A DNA stretch of 64,000 bases, taken from the NCBI RefSeq assembly GCF_018977255.1, contig NW_024704743.1, positions 41,790,001-41,854,000 of the forward strand. The letters are read 5' to 3'. The stretch's first letter is position 1, and the number at the start of each line of letters is the position of its first letter. Below the pieces are notes generated by a model, which had not been told where the DNA came from, ran no database searches, and saw only the letters and a program-made list of their open reading frames with translations. This DNA is from Callorhinchus milii (taxonomy: Eukaryota). Position numbers and translations under genes: made by a program. This document shows, piece after piece, positions 39,581-52,230 of this stretch.

Positions 39581-40078
39581 GGTTCATTCCTCCATCACTA
39601 CCAACACTTTCTCTCCTCGCCCGGCACCTTCCCATACCAGTGCAGCAGATGCAATACCTGCCCTTTCACTTCCTCCCATACCACTGTCCAGGGCCCCAAA
39701 CACAGTTTTTAAGTGAGACAGTGATTTACATGCAATATCACCAATGTAGGTTACTGCATTCGCTGCTCACGATGTGATCTCCTTTACATTGGGAGATGAA
39801 ATGCAGATTGGGTGACCGATTTGCCGAACACCTCCATTCTGCTCTGAGCTTCCGGTTTCTTGCCATTGCAACTCTCTCTCCCACTCGCACTCTGACCTCT
39901 CCATCAATGGTCTCCTACGCTGTTCCAATGAGCCACAGCGCAAGCTCGAGGAACAGCACCTCATTTATCTGCTTAGGGACCTTACAGCCCTCTGTTCTCA
40001 ATATTAATTAAAAAATTTCAGACCATAACAGCTCACCTTCTCCCTCCCCCTGTTCTGTGACCATTATTATATCATTGT

Positions 40079-40390
40079 GGAGTCCTGTAGCTCAGTGGCT
40101 AGAGCACTCGCTTTGCAAGTGAGAGACCTGAGTTCAATTCCAGACAGGGCAAAACCTTGGGCACGCCTAATAATAATCCCTCCAAAACAAAAAACAATAA
40201 TAAATTGGTCATTTTCAATCTACGACTGTTTGTGGGACATTGCTGTGCGCAATTGGCCGCCGCGTTTGCCCACAAATATAAAGTCAATTCACTTTACAGT
40301 ATATTTTGTGAAGCGCTTTGGGACGTCTAGTAGACGTGAAAAGCGCTATATCAAATGCAAAGATTATTATTATTATTATTATTATTATTA
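40079..40390 (+). mobile_element. tRNA-Ala-derived SINE (short form) nested in Penelope
   Basis: Head, deleted body, long (ATT)n tail. Confidence 0.92.
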
Positions 40391-40649
40391 TGTTGGTCCC
40401 AGACACACCTTTTCTCTCTCCGGTCTGCCTATTTTGATGCAATCTCGCACCCCCACCACCCTTTGTTCTACAGTATTAACACCTCTATTCCACTGTTTTG
40501 TTGCAATCCCCCCTTTGTTTTTCATCATTAACACCTCTTTAATCCATCATCACCTGTCCTCTACCCCATTTTCTCCATTGTCTTCCTTGTCCTGCCTCCC
40601 CTCTCTCTTTTAGCCCCTAAGAGCCTCTCCCTCCCAACATGCCCCAGTT

Positions 40650-40682
40650 CTGATGGAGGGTTATGGACCCGAAACGTTCACT
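40650..40682 (+). ncRNA. Degenerate minimal hammerhead-ribozyme core in the Penelope pLTR
   Basis: CTGATGG-agggt-tatgg-accc-GAAAC-GTT versus consensus CUGANGA/stem II/GAAA; one core mismatch. Confidence 0.5.
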
Positions 40683-41623
40683 CACTTTTCTTTATCCATA
40701 GATGCTGCCTGACCTGCTGAGTGTTCCCAGAGTAAAAATACTGTTTTTTTATTTCTCCAATACTTTGGGACGCTAATGCCGTGAATTCCTTTTGTGTTTC
40801 TGTTTAGACATTTTTATAAAAATGGTCACAGCATGCAACATTGGACCACAGCTGAACATCTGGCAAATTGGTTATAAATCTGCATTAATTTTACATTATT
40901 GACTTTTTTCCAGCATTACATAAGCCCATCTAAATATGATAGAATTGTCACTAACCTTTTACTTCTTGTATTTTTACGCTGTATGAACAGCTCTGCCTTC
41001 ATCTGAAGTCTTGTGTCTGTGTATAATTAGATATAACATTTCAAAATACAATAAAGCTTTGTGCAACCTGAAAGGGTATCAAAACAAATGAGTCCACTGT
41101 TTCTTACTGTACTCCAATTCCTATTTATATTTCCTCTTCCTCAGTAATGGCCTGTCAACATTTGTAAGCAATGGCTATAACTACCACTGCAGTCGGACAT
41201 TACTTGCATTTTTGTCTTCATGTTCCTGCTGTGTACAAAGCTTCCAATTATACACTGTGACATCCAGCTGGTGTCGCTTTTCTTACTTACACCCCAAACA
41301 TTACAGCTAAAATTATGAAAATGAGCATCTATCAGTCAGATCATTTACAATTTTGGCCTTAAGCATAGTTTCAGCATCCAGTCCTCTTACCAGTGATCGT
41401 ACCAAGTTTCATTTTTCAAACTGCATATCTAAAAATTGCATCATATATTTAACAAGTGCTGCACTGTATATATTGTAGCCCTCACTGTGAGATCTGACTG
41501 ATAGAAAATGGTGGTCAATTGAGCGACATTATTTAATATGCACTGAGATCTAGCAGGATTCTTTCCTAAAGAAACTATAGGAATGTAACGGTGACTCATA
41601 GAACATTTCTCTGATGTATCTGC

Positions 41624-41990
41624 ACTTTTGGAGCAGAGTTCCGACACAAAAAACATCTAGTGACTGGAAAGAGTCCTGATTCAGTTTCTTTTTTAAGGAA
41701 TTCAAAATCAGTGTAGACACCAAATTTGTCTCTCTCCCTCCACCCTCCTCTCCCAACCCACAAAAGAAACATTGTGCACAACTAAATATGCTTCTTAATG
41801 TCATGGATACAATACTTGATTGGAATCACCAGCTGTGACCTTGTTTAATTGAATTTACTTTAGAACCTGCTATGGTTCTTGGTTTGAGATTTCCTTTTTG
41901 GATAAAAAGGTCAAGTCTTTCCAGTCAAAGGACTCATTCCGGTAACTGGATGTATGTTGTGCCAACTCATGGGGACTCTGCTCCAAAAGT
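41624..41990. mobile_element. Degraded non-autonomous TIR element
   Basis: acttttggagcagagt at the left end and actctgctccaaaagt at the right, with imperfect complementarity extending about 50 bp inward. Confidence 0.6.
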
Positions 41991-42017
41991 TATGTTGATG
42001 CAATGCATATCTGTTAA

Positions 42018-42088
42018 TTCAGCGCCTTGGGACGTCCTCCTGACGTGAAAGGCGCTTTACAAATTTAATTTTGTTGTTGTTGTTGTTA
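42018..42088 (+). mobile_element. L2 3' tail
   Basis: cagcgccttgggacgtcctcctgacgtgaaaggcgctttacaaat(ttg)n. Confidence 0.85.
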
Positions 42089-42174
42089 ATAGCTTTAGTG
42101 TGCATGTGTTTAAATTACACCCAGCCTGAAAACATTCATGTTTTTAGTGAGAGATATGATACTCTCCAAGCTCA

Positions 42175-42357
42175 GTGTAATAATAATTTGGTAACTCAAT
42201 TCACGACTGTCTTCAGGAAACTGCCAATTAAACGTGTGCAATTGGCTGCCACGTTTCGCCACAAAATATATGATCAATTCACTTCACAGTATATTCTGTG
42301 AAGCACTCAATGATGTGATAAGACCCGTATCAAATGCAAAGATTGTTATTCTTATTA
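42175..42357 (+). mobile_element. SINE 3' half
   Basis: aattggctgccacgtttcgccacaaaatata...caaatgcaaagattgttatt. Confidence 0.75.
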
Positions 42358-42485
42358 TGAAATGTAAGCATTTGTTTCCAACAATATGATGTTAAGACCA
42401 AGGTAAACAATAAGAAATCCAATAGCATAATAAATTACAATGCGTTAAACTCCATCTAAGAAACTTCTGAATCCCAATAACAATA

Positions 42486-42742
42486 GGGTTGAAAATGCAA
42501 ATTCACAAAACAGAAATCGCGGTTTTATTTCCAGTTTTTATTTCTCAACTGAGAAAAGGCTCCAAAAGCCTAACAAAAAGTCCAGAGGCAAAGTGCGGAC
42601 CCCGAAGCAACTTTAGTCAAGTTTTGTAATCATATCTCCTCCCCCCACTATTGCTTATTTAGTGATTCCTGAAAATTGCAAACCGGAATTTGCGATTTAG
42701 CCCAGGAATATTTTTCTTTTGTAAATATTGCATTTTCAACCC
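42486..42742. mobile_element. MITE with TIRs, flanked by TA
   Basis: TA|gggttgaaaatgcaaattcacaaaa ... ttttgtaaatattgcattttcaaccc|TA. Confidence 0.75.
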
Positions 42743-43624
42743 TAATTTTCAGTCATCAATGAATGTATTAAGTCAGCCAATCTCAGACAGGTGAACAGTT
42801 CCCTCTAGGAAGGAAAGAAATCAGTCAAGATTCCATCAGCATTAAAGTTTGTGTATGTAGACATAACACTGAGGCCAGTATCAGACTCAGCCATGATGAT
42901 GCTGGCACTCACAGCCTTGGCACGACACAATGACTTGAGTGTGCATATATGGGGAGGCAAGAGGGAGGGAGGACAAGGTCACCAGTGACCGTGGAACTGT
43001 ATGACAACATGAGTCATTGCATTAGCATACAAAGGATAGAGACTTGAAGGGATGTTGGGAATAGGCAGGGCAGTGGGATTGAATGTCTCTGAGAGCCGGT
43101 GCAAATTTGATGGGCTAAATGGTCTACTTCTACGCTGTAACGTTTTATGATTCCATGATTCATTCAGTAGAGAATGGGCCACACACTCAAAATTAATAAT
43201 TTAATAATAATCCTCACATTTGATAAAGTACCTTATCGCATCTTCCAGACACCTCAAAGTGCTTCACAGAATATACTGTAAAGTGAATGGACTGTGTAAT
43301 ATCACGTAGTGACAAGTCAGTGCAAAAAGTACCAACAGGTCCCAAAATAATCCATGAAATCATTAGGGGAGTGAGGTAGTAATTGTAAATATACACAAAA
43401 TATATGAACAAAAACAGGGAAGACACATCAAGTTTGTCATTAGCAATACTAAATAGGATAAAAGAGAAAAGAAACATATATTTTACACCTGGCCTTGAGA
43501 GTTTTCAGTTGGTTTGTGCTGGTACATGAATCATTCAATTTATCTTGCCTGCCCACTGTGGAAAACATAAAACACTGAAGGTGAATAGTACATCTTCTAC
43601 AGATAAGGCTTAATCCCAGCAAAT

Positions 43625-43935
43625 GTCCTCAGTGGTTAGAGCACTTGCCTTGCAAGCAGACACCTGAGTTCAATTCCAGGCAGGGCAAAACCCTGGGCAA
43701 GTTTCCTTACTTCACACGCCTAATAATGATCCCTCCAATAAATAAAACAATAATAAATTTGGTCATTTTCAATCCACGACTGTTTGTGGGACACTGCTGT
43801 GCACAATTGGCTGCCACATTTTGTCCATAAATATACAGTTAATTCACTTTACAGTTTATTATGTGAAGCGCTTTGAGACATCTAGGAGATGTGAAAAGTG
43901 CTATATCAAATGCAAGGATTATTATTATTATTATT
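43625..43935 (+). mobile_element. tRNA-Ala-derived SINE (short form)
   Basis: ctcagtggttagagcacttgccttgcaagc...cacacgcctaataat...aaatgcaaggattatt. Confidence 0.9.
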
Positions 43936-46900
43936 AAAACTTGCACATACCCATGTTTCTGGGTCATCAATATATGAACACATAAGTGACACAGAACCCT
44001 TGCATTGTGTTATAAGCAGGTTGGAATATGCAAACTGGTGTTAACATTTACTTAAGCAGCTTCAATCCCCTGGTTAGCCATTTATCATGCAGTGTCAAGG
44101 CCGTGCAAAAATTACCAACAGAATCAAAAATAATCCATAAAATCATTAGGGAGTCAAGTAAGTGTCCTCCTCATTTGGCACATTATAATATTTTATTTAA
44201 TCTTAGATTAGAGCTGCTTAGCTTCTCCATCATTTCTCAGATTTTATTATAAAACTTGTTTTGTTTCAGCAAAACCCTTGTTTTTTTTAAGAAAGTATTG
44301 AAGTCTGAGAATGATGTCACATTTAATCTGTCCAAGGTGCCTGGCACTGTCATTCTTATTTATGCTGCAGAGGAATGCTGGGCTGTGTGACCAGGACTGG
44401 GCTTGTCACTTTTCAAAACAAAGTGAGCAAGCTATCCCTGGGACAAATCTCCAGAGAGCATAGCTCGCTGTACAATTAGAGTTTAGTCAGAGTTAACTAC
44501 ATTAAGTGTGTCTCCTGAGATCTGTTGTAATTCTTCACTGTATGTGGCTTAACTCATTGAAAGGTCACCTTAATTATAGGACTTCTGATGGAGCCATTTA
44601 GGATGTCAATCAAGGCTGCTGAGACTGATATACTGAGTGCCAGAACTAAGAATTGCAGGGTATCTCGGCTGGAACAAATTTTTCAAAGTAGCGATTCTGA
44701 TACCCGTGAGTAGACATTCACTTGGAATGAATAAAATGTTCATCCACTTGTCAGACTCCCAGCCCAAGCTTCATTGGTATTCCAGTGTTGAGCTGAGCTC
44801 AATTTCACTCCAAACTAATGACATCACCAGCAAAGTTAGGAATATTAGCAAATGAGCCATAAAAATAAAGGATTGCAAAATAACCCCATTAAGAAGAAGG
44901 AATGTTGTAAAATCAGACTATATAGAGAGAGATGCATTATATATTCCAATAAAACATTTTTATCTATAGTGTTACCCTAATTTTGGAACGGTACCATTAA
45001 AAGACATGAGAACTTGCCAAGGTCATCGACAATGGGAAATTATTGAAACGCGTTCAATGGTTCCAAATGTGTTCAGACAACTAACACTGTGTGTATAAAG
45101 AAAAAAATAGTTTAGTCTTTGTGAAGAGTAAAGGCTTCAAGGCTGTGCCACGTGAAGTCTCCACCTCGCACACATGATGATGTGGATCTCGGGTATGAAA
45201 TACTGAGTAACCCTCAGCCGTTTGCACTGCAAACACACTCCCAGTAGCCAATGGCAGGATCCACTGAAACTGGTACAGATTTACTTGTTTTACTTGAGCA
45301 ACAGAAGAAGTCATGAAGGCTGATGGTATTGTAAGGGTCGTCCTGTGGTTCACTGTGGATGCTGGACAGCGGGAACGGTTTTTATTGTTGGCTGGAAGTA
45401 GTTGCTACACAATGCCATTAACCAATCAGCTCCTGGCATTATGTCCTTTCCTGGCTGGGGGAACCTTCCCCTCCAAATGGCCATCTGGTTTCTCCCTGTG
45501 GTGAGGACACAGTATGGTAGATGGTGATATAAAGCTTTGAGCCAATCCTCCCCAATTCTCATTTTCTTTCTCTGGAGTCAAGGAAGGAGAGCCTTGTTTC
45601 TAGCCCAAGCCCTAGCCCAGGAGGGCCCAGGAAGCAAAGACGCATGAGACCTAGCCCACATTGATGCCCAGGCCATTTGAGAGGAACATGATTGAATGGT
45701 TGCAGAGATTGGTACAGGTTGTGAGTACTGAGCAGAGGCACTGTGAGTTTAAGCGATTGTAAGACAAGCTGCAGGACACACACTGCAATTCATGTGCCTG
45801 AACTCCACCAGTATTGCTAAAGTTAGAGTCTGGTGTCTGTCATAAGTCGAGAGTCTGATCTGTCTCTGTTAGGACCACTAGAGGCTGCTGAGGTTTCCTC
45901 CTGTGGTCATAATCCATGTGATTATCGAAACAACTCTACATTTATGTGCGCCTGTATCTGCCTAGCTCAGTTGGTCTATGATTATAATTAAGTTTTTGCT
46001 GGGATGAAGCCTCCCCAGAATGGGTTTTAATAGAAATAGTGTTGAGTGAGTCTGTGTATGTTCTTAGTGACTAGGTGATGGAGTAACGGTGGCAGTTAAT
46101 TTGAAGGGGCATTTCAGCCTCCACCAGCATCCATCCAAGGCAAGAAATATAAGTGGACCTAGAGAAAAATGCACAAATTAAAGAAAAGCACCAATTTAAA
46201 GAGAAACATTTTTGTACAACTGAAGAAAAGGACAGATTCTCTTGAAGAATCATTATGAGCAATAGGTCTAGGAGTGTTTGACATAATTCAGTGAAGCCCA
46301 GCCTTTATGTTCTCATTGTGTGCATTGTGAGGAAATAGCTTCCATGTGGAGCAGTCCCAGGTGCAGTCAGTGAAAGCTCTGTGCCATTATTCAACTCTCC
46401 AAAAGAGTCAGTAGTTGGTGCCTCAGTGAGATCTAAGCCCTCAGTGAATGTAGCATAACAGTTGCTTCTTACTGGAGGAGGCCTCTGTATATCTTGCTGC
46501 TGCACAGTTTTCTATGCATCCATCTATTAAGCTACTTGAACATGGAACCCATTCCTACTGCACCTTATCTGATCCTCACATTATATCGACACAGGGTCAC
46601 TTCCAGCTGGGATCACTGGACAGCCAAATAGTAATATATTTGCCGTAATCCCCATTGAGATCTGTTAACTCAGCACCGACCACAGGTCAGCCATCTATGA
46701 CTTTCCTGATTTGTCTTGCTCAGAGTCACATCATGCAGTGAGTGCATTTATCTACTGAACCATGGGATAACCCATTTTTCTGAGAAAAAAAATTGAAGAA
46801 GCCAGCAGCATCTATCTTATGCTGATGGCTACAAAAATAGCAATGTTATAATAAAACTTCCATTCTAAAATATATTGTCTGTTGCACAAGGAAGTAAATA

Positions 46901-46954
46901 CCTTTGATATTCAGTGTGGCAGCGCTGCAGCTAAAGTACTTATTAGAATACAAA

Positions 46955-47522
46955 ATTATATTTATAAAGTGCCTTTCACGTTGGGAGGACATCCCAAGGT
47001 CCTGAACAGTCAGGGTCATTAGTGCCCAAGCGGTGAGTGGGGAGTTGGGATCAAGGAGGGTGGAGAGCAGAGAGGGTAGGTGGGTGGCCGAAGGCATGAT
47101 CAAAGAGGAGGTTCTTGAGGCATGCCTTGAAGTAAGGGAGCGAGGCAAAGGGAATGTGGGATGGAGTTCCAGAGGGTGGGAACAGAGAGTCTGAAATCCT
47201 ACCGCCAATAGTGTGATGGGCCGGGCAGGGGACATGGAGTAGTCTGAAGCCTGCTGAGAGGGGGAACAAACAGGTTGATATGGGGTTAGCAGATTAGAGA
47301 GGTACAAGGGGCCAAGACCTTAGAGGGCCTTGAAGGTGAGACAAGGATTTTGAACTCAATCCTCTGAGGGATAGGGAGGCAGTGGAGCCAGGCGAGGGTA
47401 GGCGTGATGGGATCACAGAGTCTGGTGCAGGAGAGGACATGAGTTGCAGAGTTCTGGATGATATGCAGCTCGTGGAGGGAAGAGTTGGGAAGGCCGACAA
47501 GCAGGGAGTTGGCATTATTCTC
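46955..47522 (-). mobile_element. L2 3' fragment
   Basis: NSLLVGLP...IQNSATHVL...PITPTLAWLHCLPIPQRIEFKIL, followed by the tail. Confidence 0.92.
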
Positions 47523-47984
47523 CACTGGCTGTTAAATGTACCATCCTTGGCAGTGTGTACTTACAGTGAGGGTAGCCCCATCCCTACCTCCAACATACAC
47601 TGCCATTTTTAGTAAATTTAACAATCAACAGAGGATCAAGTGTTTCACAGCCTTTTCCTTTCTCTGTTAATTCACTGCCTGTCATTAATCCCTCCCAAAT
47701 TGATTGGAAATAAAAATCAAAAACTATTATTTATCTTTCAGCGGATTTTTCTTCAAAAAAATAAATTATATTACTCTAATGAACAGGAAAATAATTTGAT
47801 TCTCTGAAATTGATTTTTTCCAGTCATTTGGTTACAATTCAAAACAAATCAATGCAACTCCATATGCAGGAGCTGGAAAAGGCTTCACAATTTACAAATG
47901 ACGGATGTGTCTCAGGGCGACCATTTGAAATTCTACCCGTACATCTCAGTTTTGACTTCCTTGAAGTTGGAGTGAAGCAAAATT

Positions 47985-48345
47985 TCAGAGGATGATTCAC
48001 ATTACAAGGTTTTGACATAGGGAAGGTGTTTACACTTGTGGGGGAGACAAAACCAGGGGCCATCAATATAACATAGTCACAAATAGACCAAATATGGAAG
48101 TTAAAAGAAATTTCTTCACACAGAGTAGTGGGAATGTGGAACAAGCTGCCACAAGGAATTGTTGAGGCAAATAGCATAGATATATTTAAAGGCAAACTAG
48201 ATAGGTACATGAGGGAGAAAGGAATAGAAGGTTATGCTTGAAGGCTTAGTTGAGGAAGGGCAGGAGGAGGCTCATGTGGAGCATAAACACCGGCATAGAC
48301 CAGTTGGGCCGAATGGCCTGTTTCTGTGTTGTATATTCTAATGTA
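47985..48345 (+). mobile_element. CR1 3' fragment
   Basis: ttcttcacacagagtagtgggaatgtggaac...gggccgaatggcctgtttctgtg. Confidence 0.88.
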
Positions 48346-48369
48346 TACATCCAGGATTCACTATTTAGT

Positions 48370-48724
48370 TGAATCCTGTAGCTCAGTAGTTAGAACACTC
48401 GAGACCCGGTCTTGACTCCCGCAGGGCGAAATGTTGGGCAAGTTTCCTTATTCCACACGCCTCTATTTACCTAGCACTAAGTATTAACCCGGATGTTAGA
48501 TGATTGTCAGATCACTTTTTCAGGGGTAATAATTTCTTCAAAAAAATATTAAATTGGTCATTCAATCCATGACTATTTGAGGGACATTGCTGTGTGCAAT
48601 TGGCTGCCGCGTTTTGCACACAAAATATACAGCCAATTCACTTTACAGTACATTCTGTGAAGTGCTTTAAAACGTGTCAAAGATGCGATAAGGCGCTATA
48701 TCAAATGCAAGGATTATTATTATT
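48370..48724 (+). mobile_element. tRNA-Ala-derived SINE (long form)
   Basis: tcctgtagctcagtagttag...cctctatttacctagc...tail. Confidence 0.9.
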
Positions 48725-48899
48725 TACATATGTGTGATGTGATCTGGGTTGCCTATTTTAATGATGACATTGATGTGTTGGAGAGGATTTGAAAGAAGAA
48801 CCATTAAAATATATAATCTCTGCACTTGATATAGTGCCTTATCATGACATTGAGATGCTCCCTATCCCAAACTGGGCTAACTACAGACCATACAAACTT

Positions 48900-49626
48900 T
48901 ACAGCCCATGTTTTCTTTTGCACCTCCATGCCCTACTGGCTCCCAAACCCCTGCAAATTGAATTCAAGGTCATTGTTGTCACTTTCAAATCCCACCACGG
49001 ACCTGCCCCATCCTCCCACTGTGGCCTGGTGCAACCCTACCACCCTATCTGCTGCTTCAGCTCAGTGACCACAGTGTTTCAGAACTCTGCAGCTCGTGTA
49101 CTGTCCCGCACCAGGCTTCGGGAACACATCACTCCCACCCTCGCTCGCCTCCACTGGCTCCCCATCCCCCAGAGGATCGAATTCAAGATCCTCACCCTCA
49201 CCTACAAGGCCATTCACGGCCGTGCTCCCTCCTACCTCTCCGACCTACTATCCCCCTACCTACCCGCCCGTACCCTCCGTTCCTCTGGCTCCGGTCTGCT
49301 CCACATCCCCCACCCCAACCGACCTACTATCGGTGGCCGGGCCTTCAGCCTCTCAGCCCCTAGGCTCTGGAACTCTATCCCCCAGTGCCTTCGCCGCCTC
49401 CTCCCTTTCCTCCTTCAAGGCCGGTCTCAAGACCTTTCTCTTTGACCGTGCCTTCAGCTCTCCTCTCGACTCTCTACCCCCTCCTCGCTCCCTCCCTTCC
49501 CTCCCCTCACCCTGACCATTTCCCCCCTGCTCGGGTCCTGACCCAACTGTACAACGCCTTGGGATGTCCTCCCGACGTGAAAGGCGCTCAATAAATGGAA
49601 TCTTGTTGTTGTTGTTGTTGTTGTTG
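48900..49626 (+). mobile_element. Older L2 fragment followed by a young L2 3' fragment (49075-49626)
   Basis: QNSAARVLSRTRLREHITPTLARLHWLPIPQRIEFKILTLTYKA...GGRAFSLSAPRLWNSIP; (ttg)n tail. Confidence 0.93.
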
Positions 49627-51169
49627 CTTCATTCTCCTGGCCACTCCACCACCTCGTAGTAGAGGAGCTGCCCCCACTCTCCAGAATTATATCCCACCTC
49701 GTCCTCTCCTTCCCCAGCTTCATAGCCTACCTTAAGATTTTTCTTTTCAGCTATATTTTGGTTAATTTCCCCCCATGCCCCCCATCTTCTTCCCTCTTCA
49801 GGTCCCCCACCTCCACCCCCAGCTCGAGCTCCAGTCAACTGTGTAAAACACTTTGAGACTTCCTCCCAATGTAAAAGTCTAAAAATGTAAAAATACTATT
49901 GATCCATCTTGCAGCGTTTTGCTGCTATCACAGAGTTTCAGGAAACGATCCTGCATCAAGAGTATCCGGCATCAAAAGATGCAGGATAGTGTCGTATGAA
50001 TTCAACTTGTTGTTCCTACTGTATGTTGGAAAGACAGATTGAAGAAACTGATGCAATTAAATTTGACTTAATTTGAGCTGAATTCGAAAAGAGACGTAAA
50101 TAGCAAGGGGAAGTGGTAATGTGAATATAAATACATTACAACGACAACAGCACATTCCAATTATCTACTGCCTTTCACATCAGAAGAATGTCCCAAAGTG
50201 CCGTACAGTCAAGGGTTTGTACCCAAGGTGGGGGTTGGAATCTGGTTAATTATTACTTAACTTGAGCTGTGGTCACAAAATGACAAAAGTACAAAAATAG
50301 CAACCCTTTAACTTGGACTAGAGAATGGAATATTTCCTCTACGGAGACGTGATGGTGTGGATTTGACTTCAATCAAATGGTTTTAATGGTACATTGACTT
50401 ATTCTTTTAAAAATAAGCTGAACAAATAGCTGGCTTGGGATCAAGAAAAAACTATAAAGAAACATATTCTCACAGATAATGAAATAATTCATTGCCCTCT
50501 ATCATTGCAATCCTTTTGGGATACAGCATCCTTGGTATACAACTGGTATGGGCTGAATTGTATGAATTATTATGTTCAATCAATACAGTGAGAACTTGGA
50601 CAGTTTTATTTCCTTGGAATTTTTACCTTTGGTTAATCACATTTCTCATAATAGTAAGCAAGCCTATTAAAAAAACTAGTAATTGATATAGCACATTTCA
50701 TATCAGGAGGACAACTCAAAGCGATTCACATGATATATTGTAAAGTATGGCAACTGTGGATTTGATAAGCATATCACTGATACAAGCTGTATGAGAATTG
50801 TTGATGGGCTGGATGAACCATTCTATTCCCATGCATTTTTTTTCTCATAATGAATCAAAACAGAATATGAGGATTGACTAATCTTAAACGGCTTAATGGT
50901 TACTTATAATGTATTCAACACTTGTTTTTTAAATGATCTTTTTTAAATTCAAAATCATTATTTCTTGCCCTGCAGGTATTGGGGGAAGAAAAACAAATCT
51001 ATGTTTGAAAAAGCTGAGAGGAAGATTTTCTATGTTTGCATATTTCCAGGAATATTAATGCTTTTAAATTAAATATCACTTCTTTTAGGTTTTTTTCAGG
51101 GGGTGGTGGGCAAGAAAAAAGACCAGTGCAAGGAATGTCCAGTGGCTCCAGTACCTATATTACAACACA

Positions 51170-51420
51170 ATCGCTGGTCAGGCCTTCAGCTTTTCTGCCC
51201 CACCCTTTGGAAGTCAATCCCATAGTTTGTCTATCCCATAGTCCCTTCACCTCGTTCCCTCCATACCCTCCTCTTCGATCGAGCCTCAGTCACTCACCTA
51301 CCCTTACCCTCCCTAACCTTCACAACCCCTGATCCCAAACCCCTGCTCGGGTCCAAATCCTGACGGTCCAGCGCCTTGGGATGTGAAAGGCGCTTTACAA
51401 TGTAATTTGTTGTTGGTTTG
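51170..51420 (+). mobile_element. L2 3' fragment
   Basis: ggccttcagc...ccctgctcgggtcc...cagcgccttgggatgtgaaaggcgctttac. Confidence 0.75.
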
Positions 51421-52229
51421 ATTATTGTCATTTGAATAAATATAATTTTGAGATATTTCCCCCTTAACTCTGCCACATTTATAAACGTACACATGAGTAG
51501 GATAGTGATGCCCAGTAAAGCTCATTTTTTTACTATTCATGGTTTCCGCACTTATCCCTCAATCCCAGTCACTAAATCCAAATCTGTCAACTCCAAATGC
51601 GGTTGCTCATGTATGCTTTGTATACTGGTATCTCAGTCAATTCTGCCCATTTATTTTGCAATAACCGTCATTCCCATTAATTATACATGTATTGGCAGCT
51701 TATTAAAATGACGCAGACGACTGACTTACACACCAGCGTGCAGGTGACATGTGAATTGAGAACATGGAAAATAAAAGAAGAGTGGCACACAACCAAAAGG
51801 TTCTAGCATATAAATCTGTGCTCTGTATCACATTTATGCTAATGTACACCGAGTGATGAATTTTAGCTCTGTGCCTCACTGCTAAAATAGCATTGAAGCA
51901 ATTCAAGATATACTTGTAACTTTCACAAAATGTGGTAACTTTTCCTATTCAAAACAAGGTTCAGAATTTCCATCAAAATCAATGGAATTGGTGGGAAAGC
52001 ATTGCAACACATTAAATGAAAGGAAATGTAGCGGTGAAAAAATTCAAGCTTTTTTTTCAGTTGTTGACTAGGTTTTATATTTTATTTGAACGGTTTAGTA
52101 ACAGCATGAGCAAAAGTTCAGCAGTCAGTTAAACTAGAATTACTTTGGGGAAATGTCATGACTTTGGTGCCTGCAAAGAATAATAGTTTTGATTCAAACT
52201 ATGATAAAACATGTGGCCAATGTTTTTTT

Positions 52230-52230
52230 N
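52230..52230. other. Single ambiguous base (N) after a T run
   Basis: tgtttttttn. Confidence 0.99.

Larger units (their letters stand above)
38735..40756 (+). mobile_element. Penelope-like element 3' part (RT thumb, GIY-YIG endonuclease, pLTR), degraded and interrupted
   Basis: HKPTNSHSYLDYTYSH..CKDSIPFSQFLCLRHIC, FLNRGFP, YIGEMKCRLGDRFAEHL; terminal ctgatgg...gaaacgtt...gatgctgcctgacctgctgag. Confidence 0.9.

Noticed and set aside
40077..40613. 178-aa ORF with poly-Tyr
   Set aside because: Translation of a SINE and its (TAT)n tail plus Penelope UTR
48789..49445. 218-aa ORF
   Set aside because: Accidental read-through of a SINE tail and two L2 fragments, not a host gene
49948..49988. 10-bp hairpin atcctgcatc...gatgcaggat
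   Set aside because: Too short to separate from chance in 64 kb
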